Of a stretch of 64,000 nucleotides of DNA, positions 26,264 to 36,825 are shown one piece after another. A program made the translations under genes and the position numbers. How positions within the stretch are numbered: the stretch's first letter is position 1; each line of letters opens with the position of its first letter. Below the pieces are notes generated by a model, which was given only the letters and a program-made list of their open reading frames with translations, searched no databases and was not told the origin of the DNA. The DNA comes from Mobula hypostoma. Lineage: Eukaryota. The DNA is taken from positions 41,976,001 to 42,040,000 of the forward strand of contig NC_086097.1 in NCBI RefSeq assembly GCF_963921235.1, written 5' to 3'.

Positions 26264-26859
26264 TTTGGGGTACACATTTGTCCAAGTAATTGCAACATGT
26301 TAGCTCATCATTTTGAAAATAAATTCATCAAGAATAGACTAATGATCCTCAAAGATGGAATTAACCAGTTATTATTGCCAAGTTTTGCTCAAATACACAG
26401 TAGAATTACTGTAAGACCTGGAAATAATTAGGGCTTATTACATTCTTCAACCTCCTTTCCAGAATGCAGAGAGTAAGTGTACTGACTTAATTCATGGATC
26501 CACCCCAGCCACCGTTCAGCAGAGCTGTTAAAATAGTGTGAAAAGCAAAATCACCTGGGCAGTCCTGTTTACCTGCACATGATAAACATAAATAAAAGCA
26601 TATGAGTCTGAAACCAGACAGCAAGTGTTTCTTGTCTAGCTGCAGTACCTGGGAACTACAGGATGTCCAATCGTTTCCAGGGTTAGCAGTTTATTGGAAG
26701 TTATACTAAGAGGAGTATGCGATGAAAACTTCATGACAAAAAATACAGCATCGTTAACATGGACCCTGAAAAGATAACTCCTACATAATTAAAATGGACT
26801 TTATTGAAGAATTTAAACGCAAACAACAAGGCCGGGTCTTCAAGTGCTCCCGTGACTCC

Positions 26860-27004
26860 CCTGTGCTCCCAATCTACATTAGCCAACTCCTCCCTCATCC
26901 CATTGTAGTCTTCCTTGTTCAAGCATAATACACCAGTTTTAGATCTAACTATTGCATCCTACATCTGAATACAAAGTCCTTTAAAATACTTCTCCTATAT
27001 TGAG
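26860..27004 (+). repeat. 145-bp dispersed duplicate of 45229-45373
   Basis: Colinear with no indels; 6 substitutions counted by eye. Confidence 0.9.
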
Positions 27005-28174
27005 GCGCAGTCGACGTTTCAGGCCGAGACCCTTCGTCAGGACTAACTGAAGGAAGAGTGAGGAAGGGATTTGAAAGCTGGAGGGGGAGGGGGAGATGCA
27101 AAATGATAGGAGAAGACAGGAGGGGGAGGGATGGAGCCGAGAGCCGGACAGGTGATAGGCAAAAGGGGATACGAGAGGATCATGGGACAGGAGGTCCGGG
27201 AAGAAAGACAAGGGGGGGGGTGACCCAGAGGATGGGCAAGAGGTATATTCAGAGGGACAGAGGGAGAAAAAGGAGAGTGAGAGAAAGAATGTGTGCATAA
27301 AAATGAGTAACAGATGGGGTATGAGGGGGAGGTGGGGCCTTAGCGGAAGTTAGAGAAGTCGCTGTTCATGCCATCAGGTTGGAGGCTACCCAGACGGAAT
27401 ATAAGGTGTTGTTCCTCCAGCCTGAGTGTGGCTTCATCTTTACAGTAGAGGAGGCCGTGGATAGACATGTCAGAATGGGAATGGGATGTGGAATTAAAAT
27501 GTGTGGCCACTGGGAGATCCTGCTTTCTCTGGCGGACAAAGCGTAGATGTTCAGCAAAGCAGTCTCCCAGTCTGCGTTGGGTCTCACCAATATATAAAAG
27601 GCCACATCGGGAGCACCGGACGCAGTATATCACCCCAGTTGACTCACAGGTGAAGTGATGCCTCGCCTGGAAGGACTGTTTGGGGCCCTGAATGGTGGTA
27701 AGGGAGGAAGTGTAAGGGCATGTGTAGCACTTGTTCCGCTTACAGTAAGTGCCAGGAGGGAGATCAGTGGGGAGGGATGGGGGGGACGAATGGACAAGGG
27801 AGTTGTGTAGGGAGCGATCCCTGCGGAATGCAGGGGGGGGAGGGAAAGATGTGCTTAGTGGTGGGATCCCGTTGGAGGTGGCGGAAGTTACGGAGAATAA
27901 TATGTTGGACCCGGAGGCTGGTGGGGTGGTAGGTGAGGACCAGGGGAACCCTATTCCTAGTGGGGTGGTGGGAGGATGGAGTGAGAGCAGATGTACGTGA
28001 AATGGGGGAGATGCGATTAAGAGCAGAGTTGATAGTGGAGGAATGGAAGCCCCTTTCTTTAAAAAATGAAGACATCTCCCTCGTCCGAGAATGAAAAGCC
28101 TCATCCTGAGAGCAGATGCGGCGGAGACGGAGGAATTGCGAGAAGGGGATGGCGTTTTTGCAAGAGACAGGGTG
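27002..28174 (-). mobile_element. Inverted 5'-truncated Penelope copy (thumb, GIY-YIG and pLTR)
   Basis: ORF 27340-28302 ends GVIYCVRCSRCGLLYIGET..QPDGMNSDFSNFR. Reverse complement of about 28673-29850. Confidence 0.95.
27009..27044 (-). ncRNA. Minimal type I hammerhead ribozyme motif (intact)
   Basis: Minus strand reads agtcCTGACGAagggtctcggcctGAAAcgTCgact. Confidence 0.85.
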
Positions 28175-28246
28175 CTTGAATTTCCAACATCTGCAGAATT
28201 CCTGTTGTTTGCGTTTAAATTCACTACTGCGAAGCCTCTTCCGGTG

Positions 28247-29512
28247 ATGCCTACACCAAAGAAGTTTAGATCCTCTCTTCGACGGGAATTCAGTGAAACC
28301 ATCTCTCACTGCTCCCCATCTGTAATTTCTTCGGCTCTTCAACTTTTCGACCACACTTTGACTCAAACTCGCTATCACAGCCATATATCCTTTCTTGGAA
28401 CGTGCCTCCGTCGCCAATTCTGGTATCTGCCCCCACTTTTCCTTCGCTACATCGACGACTGCATTGGCACTGCTTCCTGCACACATGCAGAACTCGTTGA
28501 CTTTATTAACTTTGCCTCCAACTTTCACCCTGCCCTCAAGTTTACCTGGTCCATTTCCGACACCTCCCTCCCCTTTCTAGATCTTTCTGTCTCTGTCTCT
28601 GGAGACAGCTTATCCACTGATGTCTACTATAAGCCTACTGACTCTCACAGCAATCTGGGCTATTCCTCTTCTCACCCTGTCTCTTGCAAAAACGCCATCC
28701 CCTTCTCGCAATTCCTCCGTCTCCGCCTCATCTGCTCTCAGGATGAGGCTTTTCATTCTAGGACGAGGGAGATGTCTTCATTTTTTAAAGAAAGGGGCTT
28801 TCCTTCCTCCACTATCAACTCTGCTCTTAAACGCATCTCCCCCATTTCACGTACATCTGCTCTCACTCCATCCTCCCGCCACCCCACTAGGAATAGGGTT
28901 CCCCTGGTCCTCACCTACCACCCCACCAGCCTCCGGGTCCAACATATTATTCTCCGTAACTTCCGCCACCTCCAACGGGATCCCACCACTAAGCACATCT
29001 TTCCCTCCCCCCCCCCTGCATTCCGCAGGGATCGCTCCCTACACAACTCCCTTGTCCATTTGTACCCCCCATCCCTCCCCACTGATCTCCCTCCTGGCAC
29101 TTATCCGTGTAAGCGGAACAAGTGCTACACATGCCCTTACACTTCCTCCCTTACCACCATTCAGGGCCCCAAACAGTCCTTCCAGGTGAGGCATCACTTC
29201 ACCTGTGAGTCGACTGGGGTGATATACTGCGTCCGGTGCTCCCGATGTGGCCTTTTATATATTGGTGAGACCCGACGCAGACTGGGAGACCGCTTTGCTG
29301 AACATCTATGCTCTGTCCGCCAGAGAAAGCAGGATCTCCCAGTGGCCACACATTTTAATTCCACATCTCATTCCCATTCTGACATGTCTATCCACGGCCT
29401 CCTCTACTGTAAAGATGAAGCCACACTCAGGCTGGAGGAACAACACCTTATATTCCATCTGGGTAACCTCCAACCTGATGGCATGAACATCGACTTCTCT
29501 AACTTCCACTAA
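28247..29512 (+). CDS. Chimeric open frame: Penelope ORF N-terminus fused to RT C-terminal half plus GIY-YIG endonuclease
   Basis: MPTPKKF..GTCLRRQ jumps near 28419 to PPLFLRYIDD..PFLD..VIYCVRCSRCGLLYIGET. Open to the stop, but lacks the N-terminal RT motifs. Confidence 0.7.
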   Translation: MPTPKKFRSSLRREFSETISHCSPSVISSALQLFDHTLTQTRYHSHISFLGTCLRRQFWYLPPLFLRYIDDCIGTASCTHAELVDFINFASNFHPALKFTWSISDTSLPFLDLSVSVSGDSLSTDVYYKPTDSHSNLGYSSSHPVSCKNAIPFSQFLRLRLICSQDEAFHSRTREMSSFFKERGFPSSTINSALKRISPISRTSALTPSSRHPTRNRVPLVLTYHPTSLRVQHIILRNFRHLQRDPTTKHIFPSPPPAFRRDRSLHNSLVHLYPPSLPTDLPPGTYPCKRNKCYTCPYTSSLTTIQGPKQSFQVRHHFTCESTGVIYCVRCSRCGLLYIGETRRRLGDRFAEHLCSVRQRKQDLPVATHFNSTSHSHSDMSIHGLLYCKDEATLRLEEQHLIFHLGNLQPDGMNIDFSNFH

Positions 29513-29807
29513 GGCCCCACCTCCCCCTCGTACCCCATCTGTCACTCATTTTTATGCACACATTCTTTCTCTCACTCTCCTTTTTCTCCCTCTGTCCCTC
29601 TGAATATACCCCTTGCCCATCCTTTGGGTCCCCCCCCCCCTTGTCTTTCTTCCCGGACCTCCTGTCCCGTGATCCTCTCGTATCCCCTTTTGCCTATCAC
29701 CTGTCCGGCTCTCGGCTCCATCCCTCCCCCTCCTGTCTTCTCCTATCATTTTGCATCTCCCCCTCCCCCTCCAACTTTCAAATCCCTTCCTCACTCTTCC
29801 TTCAGTT

Positions 29808-29843
29808 AGTCCTGACGAAGGGTCTCGGCCTGAAACGTCGACT
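29808..29843 (+). ncRNA. Minimal type I hammerhead ribozyme motif (intact)
   Basis: agtcCTGACGAagggtctcggcctGAAAcgTCgact; predicted cleavage after C29839. Confidence 0.85.
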
Positions 29844-29939
29844 GTACCTCTTCCTATAGATGCTGCCTGGCCTGCTGCGTTCACCAGCAACTTTGATGTA
29901 TGTTGCTTGAATTTCCAGCATCTGCAGAATTCCTGTAGT

Positions 29940-32816
29940 TTACTCCAGTTGGCTTTAGGATTCGTTGCCAAGCCTCTCAATTTGGACCTTCTGAGGATCC
30001 CAGGTACTCACATTTCATTGACTCTGCCTCTCGTCGCTTCTCCCGTCAAGCTCTGAAGGCGACGCTCTCCGCCATGACGAGGTACTTGGTGTCCCTATCC
30101 CAGACCCTTCCACACCTTCGGGACACTTTCTTCGCCGTCTGTAATGGTCCTACCCGTTATTTCATCCTCCGTCGGATTCACGCCCGCAATCGTCATTTTT
30201 TTGACTTCGTCATGTTAGGCAAAGATCGCAAGATCCTACATCTACGGACTCCAGAGCCTGCCGGCCCCGACGCTAGCAGGCATGAACTTTCAATTGCGGC
30301 TCCTGCCATTGATCTCGGCGGCTCCAACACCTCAGGACATATTCAAAACCCGGACTCCAGCAACGACCATGGACACATTCGAAGCGATGGCGCAACCACC
30401 AACTGCGACTGCAGCCTTGAACACCAGGCCGGGTCTTTATGTGCTGCTGTTGTGACTCCCGTCTCCCCTTCCCCCACCACCACTCCGCAGCCCCGTCTTC
30501 CTCAGATCCCACCGTCAGCTCCTGGGTCCTCAGAGGCTCCATCTTCCTCTCACCCCAACCCTCCCCTCTCCATTGACACCCCCAGCCTCCCCCCTCCCCC
30601 CTCTGATCCCAGCTCTCATCCGTGCCGGGTCTTTACCATCCCCTCCGACCTTCAACTGTCGGAGGCAGAACGCTCTGTTCTCAGTAAGGGCCTCACGTTT
30701 GTCCCCCTTCGCCCACACCTCAGCGAGTTCCGTGTTCGCCACGATGCGGAACTTTTCTTCCGCCGTCTCCGTCTCCGAGCCTACTTCTTCGGCAAGGACT
30801 CTTCCACCCCCACCGATGACCCCTTCTCCATCTTCAACCCTCCTCTTCTTCATGGACACCCCGCTCTGGTCTTCTGCCTGCTCTGGATCTCTTTATTGCC
30901 AACTGCCGACGGGACATCAACCGTCTCGACTTCACTGCACCTTGTCCCCATTCCAACCTCACTCCTTCGGAACGCTCTGCTCTCCACTCCCTCTGCACTA
31001 ATCCTAACATTATTATTAAACCCGCTGATAAAGGGGGTGCTGTTGTAGTCTGGCGTACTGACCTCTACCTTGCCGAGGCGCAGCAACACTCGCGGATACC
31101 TCCTCTTATTTACCCCTCGATCGTGACCCACTAAGGAGCACCAGGCCATTGTCTCCCACACCATCACCGACTTTATCCGCTCAGGGGATCTCCCATCCAC
31201 TGCTACCAACCTTATAGTTCCCACACCCCGCACTTCCCGTTTCTACCTCCTACCCAAGATCCACAAACCTGCCTGTCCTGGCCGACCTATTGTCTCAGCT
31301 TGCTCCTGCCCCACCGAACTCATATCTGCATACCTCGACACTGTTTTATCACCCCTTGTTCAATCCCTTCCGTCCTATGTTCGTGACACTTCTCACGTTC
31401 TTAAACTTTTCGATGATTTTAAATTCCCTGGCCCCCACCGCTTTATTTTCACCATGGATGTCCAGTCCTTATATATTTCCATCCCCCATCAGGAAGGTCT
31501 CAAAGCTCTACGCTTCTTTTTGGATTCCAGACCTAATCAGTTCCCCTCTACCACCACTCTGCTCCGTCTAGTGGAATTAATCCTTACTCTTAATAATTTC
31601 TCCTTTGACTCCTCCCACTTCCTCCAAACTAAAGGTGTAGCTATGGGCACCCGTATGGGTCCTAGCTATGCCTGCCTTTTTGTTGGGTTTGTGGAACAAT
31701 CTATGTTCCATGCCTATTCTGGTATCTGTCCCCCACTTTTCCTTTGCTACATCGACGACTGCATTGGCGCTGCTTCCTGCACGCATGCAGAACTCGTTGA
31801 CTTTATTAACTTTGCCTCCAACTTTCACCCTGCCCTCAAGTTTACCTGGTTCATTTCCGACACCTCCCTCCCCTTTCTAGATCTTTCTGTCTCTGTCTCT
31901 GGAGACAGCTTATCCACTGATGTCTACTATAAGCCTACTGACTCTCACAGCTATCTGGACTATTCCTCTTCTCACCCTATCTCTTGCAAAAACGCCATCC
32001 CCTTCTCGCAATTCCTCCGTCTCCGCCGCATCTGCTCTCAGGATGAGGCTTTTCATTCTAGGATGAGGGAGATGTCTTCCTGTTTTAAAGAAAGGGGCTT
32101 CCCTTCCTCCACTATCAACTCTGCTCTTAAACACATCTCCCCCATTTCACGTACATCTGCTCTCACTCCATCCTCCCGCCACCCCACTAGGAATAGGGTT
32201 CCCCTGGTCCTCACCTACCACCCCACCAGCCTCCGGGTCCAACATATTATTCTCCGTAACTTCCGCCAGCTCCAACGGGATCCCACCACTAAGCATATCT
32301 TTACCTCCCCGCCTCTCTCTGCATTCCGCAGGGATCGCTCCCTACACAACTCCCTCGTCCATTCGTCCCCCCCCATCCCTCCCCACTGATCTCCCTCCTG
32401 GCACTTATCCTTGTAAGCGCAACAAGTGCTACACATGCCCTTACACTTCCTCCCTTACCACCATTCAGGGCCCCAAACAGTCCTTCCAGGTGAGGCAACA
32501 CTTCACCTGTGAGTCGACTGGGGTGATATACTGCGTCCGGTGCTCCCGATGTGGCCTTTTATATATTGGCGAGACCCGACGAAGACTGGGAGACCGCTTT
32601 GCTGAACATCTACACTCTGTCCGCCAGAGAAAGTAGGATCTCCCAGTGGCCACACATTTTAATTCCACATCCCATTCCCATTCTGACATGTCTATCCACG
32701 GCCTCCTCTACTGTAAAGATGAAGCCACACTTAGGTTGGAGGAACAACACCTTATATTCCGTCTGGGTAGCCTCCAACCTGATGGCATGAACATCGACTT
32801 CTCTAACTCGCGCTAA
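29940..32816 (+). pseudogene. Penelope RT plus GIY-YIG ORF with several frameshifts
   Basis: LSEAERSVLSKGLTFVP, IIKPADKGG, FYLLPKIHK, MDVQSLY, AMGTRMGPSYA, YIDD and VIYC..LYIGET, split across frames (breaks near 30830, 31090-31130 and 32380). Confidence 0.92.
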
Positions 32817-33109
32817 GGCCCCACCTCCCCCTCGTACCCCATCTGTTACTCATTTTTATGCACACATTCTTTCTCTCACTCTCCTTTTTCTCCCTCTGTC
32901 CCTCTGAATATACCTCTTGCCCATCCTCTGGGTCCCCCCCCCTTGTCTTTCTTCCCGGACCTCCTGTCCCATGATCCTCTCGTATCCCCATTTGCCTATC
33001 ACCTGTCCAGCTCTCGGCTCTATCCCTCCCCCTCCTGTCTTCTCCTATCATTTTGGATCTCCCCCTCCCCCTCCAACTTTCAAATCCCTTACTCACTCTT
33101 CCTTCAGTT

Positions 33110-33145
33110 AGTCCTGACGAAGGGTCTCGGCCTGAAACGTCGACT
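33110..33145 (+). ncRNA. Minimal type I hammerhead ribozyme motif (intact)
   Basis: agtcCTGACGAagggtctcggcctGAAAcgTCgact. Confidence 0.85.
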
Positions 33146-33259
33146 GCACCTCTTCCTACAGATGCTGCTTGGCCTGCTGCGTTCACCAGCAACTTTGATG
33201 TATGTTTATTGAAGAATTATTCATGAATATGTAAGAATGATATATTCTGTGTTAAAAGC

Positions 33260-34200
33260 AGTGATTTTCAAGATAATTTTTGGCAAAAGTTAGAGCATAT
33301 GGAATCAGTAGGCTATTAAATGAATGGATAACAAATTGGCTAAAAGCTGGAAATCAGAGAGCAGGGCTAAAAGGTTAGAGAATGATGGGAAGTTCCAAGC
33401 AGATCACTGCTGGAATTAGTGTTATTCAATATTTGGACTTAAGAACTAGCAGTTAAAAATAAGAATATCTAGTATATCTGAGAAAACCAAGATAACTCGT
33501 TATAAAAATTTGGACTACAATTTAGTCAGAAATGAATCTTAACAAAGATAAGTACAAGGTGAGGCACTTTGATAGGAAAGCAGAAACAACATGTAACCTC
33601 GGCAATTAATAGACTGAATGAGTAAAGATACAAAGGGATAAAGGTGCAGGGTCAATAAGAACAACATCATGGGTTAGTGAAGCAACTAAAATATTAACAA
33701 AGCACTGGGAATTATTTATGGGGTTATAGAAGTCAAAATTGTGATCTTATGCTAAATTGGCAAAGGACAGGTTAGGCTGCACTTGGAGGACTGGAGAGGT
33801 AAGAGAACGCAGACTGCTGGAGGAACAGTGGAATCCAACATAATTCATTATAAACTTGTAGATCGCAGAGTTGAATGAGAAATTAATTTGAACAAGTACG
33901 AGACCATGAAACCATAAGACATAGGAGCAGAATCAGGCCATTTGGCTGTTTGATTCTGCTCCACTATTCCATCATGGTGATTTATTAAACTATGAGGTGA
34001 GGCACTTTAAGAAGAAAGTAGAAACAACATGCAACCTTGGATGTGGCAGATCCAATGAGTCACTCCAGCAGTTTGTTTTTATGCTAAGATTACTGTGCAC
34101 AGCTCTGGCCAACCTGTTATAAAAAGGACATGGAATTGCTAGACAAAGAACAGAATAGATCTCCAAGGTTGGGATTGGGACTGAAAAATTCTGACAATCA
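33260..34200 (+). mobile_element. Very old CR1-like RT remnants with a short inverted CR1 tail at about 33900-33985
   Basis: W..NWL...QR-like and dk.kv.hf-like remnants; ccataagacataggagcagaa inverted tail. Confidence 0.45.
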
Positions 34201-35499
34201 AAAGCTAGTGAATGCCTTTCAGATTAGTAGACAGAAAATGAGTTTGAATGTGGTACAGCTTATGATTATTACACAATGTAAAATTGGTCAAAGATCATAA
34301 TCAGTGCTCTCTACACATACAAAACAACTCTCTGCAGGACTCTGAATTATGTGATACTACATGATGTCTGCCAATATTCAAAGATTCGGAGCAAAAAGTA
34401 ACGTGTGATTGGCATGCTGCTACACTTGATGTTATCAAAGCACAATCACTTAACAAGATGACATCAACCGTGGGTGATCAAAAAAGCCCAAACAGGTAGA
34501 GAAGAGCTTTCTAGGGAGCTTGTTAAAGGAAGTGCCTTTATTTCTTTTCATTAGGAAGTACATTAAACAAGGCAATGACAGCTTCAGCTCCAATGCTTCA
34601 GTGGACCAGGTATCTCAACATGTTGTGGTTAAATCCCCCAGAATATTTTTTTATGCGAGGGGGAATTGGTAGCTGGTCACATCCTTTCTGAGCATCAATC
34701 TCTACCACTAGGTTGTCTGAGTAGCCTCAAGAGACCTCTGGAGATGGGCCTGTTCACTCCTGAAGCCACCTCTCTATTTCCAGCAGAAGATGCTATCAAG
34801 AACCACTACTCAATGATCTCCAGGCATAGCAGCTCATTATTGTAGGAAATGCTCACCTACAGCCTGGAAGGAATGTGGTGCAGGATCCACGAATTGCCCC
34901 TAGATTTTAGCACAGATCTTCAAGCAGAGTATAATTTTTGATCATTTACATTTGTCAAAAATAGAATTTTCATCAAGTTGACAATGAACCAATCTGGCTA
35001 ACCAGCCTATGCCAGCGTTAATGTTCCATACAACCTCTCTCTTCCCTCTTCATTTAGCCATTGCAGGCCATCTTTTTATTCCACTGTTCTTCTGTATGTC
35101 TAATTGTTCCTTAAATACATCATTCCGATTTGCTTCAACTACTCCTATTGACCATGCAACCTGCACCAGGTTTATTCCTCTGTTGGTAAATAGGTTGCAT
35201 TGTGGAAGGTGTCTCACAAGGGGAACAGCCATTCTGTATTATTTGAGCTGGAAACCAATGTTTAAAAAAAAAGAGTAGAAGCAATGACATTGGCTGAGGT
35301 CTTTATTAAAAGGATGTTCTTTTTTTCATAATTAAACACAAGGAGCTCCTATATTAATGCCTCTTTACTGCCAAGAGGCTGGTTATGGCTAGAATTAATC
35401 CCTGCCTGAACCTCTTACCTACAGGCACAACAGGTCTACAGCAGATATAATTTCAATGATTCCCCAGTCTGCTCTGGAGGATCTAAAATATACACAACA

Positions 35500-35898
35500 G
35501 ACTGTACATCAGGGTACTGTTCATCAGTTACAGATCAGTGTTCAACACCATTATTCCTTCAGAACTAGTAACCAAACTTCAAAACCTGGGCCTCTGTAAC
35601 CCCCTCTACAACCGAATCCTCACCGGGAGAGCACAGACAGTACGGATCAAAAATAACATCTTTTCCTCACTGATAATCAACACAGATACACCTCGATGAT
35701 TTGTGCTAGCCCATTGCTCTAACGTCTACACTCATGTTTGTCTTGCTAAGCACAGCTCAAACACTTGTAAATTTGCAGATGACACCACTGTTGTTGGTAA
35801 AACCTCAGATGGCAACGAGGAAGCAGAAGAGAGTGAGATAGATTGGCTTGTTGTGTAGTGTTGCAACACACGTCAGCAAGACAAAGGAATTGATTGTG
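35500..35898 (+). mobile_element. Rex/Babar-like RT remnant, left half (continues at 43291-43790)
   Basis: KFADDTTVVG and KTKELIV. The reading resumes as DLRK..FLG..SEDLSW after the Gypsy element. Confidence 0.75.
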
Positions 35899-36249
35899 TG
35901 TTATGTTTGTGGTACTGGGAAGCTGGGTGTCCATGAATAACACACACAAGAGACAGAGAGGTGAGGAACAAAGCTGCTGTTTATTGTGCTTGTAAGTCAT
36001 CTACCCAGAATGCACTCTCACATCATGTTCACTACATAACACACAGGGAAGCTTGACAGTAACCCATGGTTTCTCCCCCTTCCCATACACAGATCAGCTA
36101 CTGAACTATGGTGTAATCCTCAAATTCAACCAACCACCAAAAACATTTTTTTCTAAACCAGGGAAAGATAGTAGACTGCCTCGAATCCCAGACATAACTC
36201 TGGGGATTATTTTGCTCCACATATTGAGGGTTGGTCACTAAACTAGAGA

Positions 36250-36825
36250 TTCGAGCACCTCCGCTCCGTCCGCCACAACAGACAAGATCTCCCAGTAGCC
36301 ACCCACTTCAACTCTGTTTCCCACTCCCATTCAGATATGTCCATACATGGCCTCCTCTACTGCCATGATGAGGCTAAACTCAGGGTGAAGGAGAAACACC
36401 TTATATACCGTCTAGGTAGTCTCCAGCCCCTTGGTATGAACATAGAATTCTCCAATTTCCGGTACTTCCCTCCCCCTCCCTTCCTCTATCTCTATTTCAC
36501 TCTGCCCCCTCCCCCAGCTGCCTACCACCTCCCTCTTGGTTCTGCCTCCTTCTACTACCCATTGTGTTTTCCCCTATTCCTCCTTCACCTTTCCTGCCTA
36601 TCCCCTCCCTGCTTCCCCTCCCCCACCCGTTTATCTTTCCCCTTACTGGTTTTTCACCTGGAACCTACCAGCCTTCTCCTTCCCACCCTCCCCCCACCTC
36701 CTTTATAGGGCCTCTGCCCCTTCCCCCTACAGTCCTGACGAAGGGTTCCGGCCCGAAACGTCGGCTCATCGTTCCCACGGACGCTGCCCGACCTGCTGAG
36801 TAAATCAGTGTGTTGTGAGTGTTGC
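36250..36825 (+). mobile_element. 5'-truncated Penelope-like element (distinct family) inside the Gypsy
   Basis: MSIHGLLYC..LGSLQPLGMNIEFSNFR, pyrimidine-rich UTR and pLTR. Confidence 0.9.
36731..36766 (+). ncRNA. Minimal type I hammerhead ribozyme motif (variant family)
   Basis: agtc CTGACGA agggttccggccc GAAA cg TC ggct; stem I retained with a G.U wobble, different loop II. Confidence 0.8.

Larger units (their letters stand above)
26814..33204 (+). mobile_element. Composite young Penelope-like insertion (inverted copy, tandem/nested copy and full-length copy)
   Basis: TSD tttattgaagaatt at 26800-26813 and 33205-33218. Three near-identical GIY-YIG/pLTR ends. RT motifs MDVQSLY, KGVAMGTRMGPSYA and YIDD. 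Confidence 0.95.

Noticed and set aside
25640..26298. Overlapping 86-163 aa ORFs as a novel gene
   Set aside because: They lie in GC-rich retroposon sequence, have no domain motifs, and are partly generated by the palindrome.
30250..30620. Pro/Ser-rich segment as a captured host gene
   Set aside because: In frame between Penelope N-terminal motifs; best read as a low-complexity linker.
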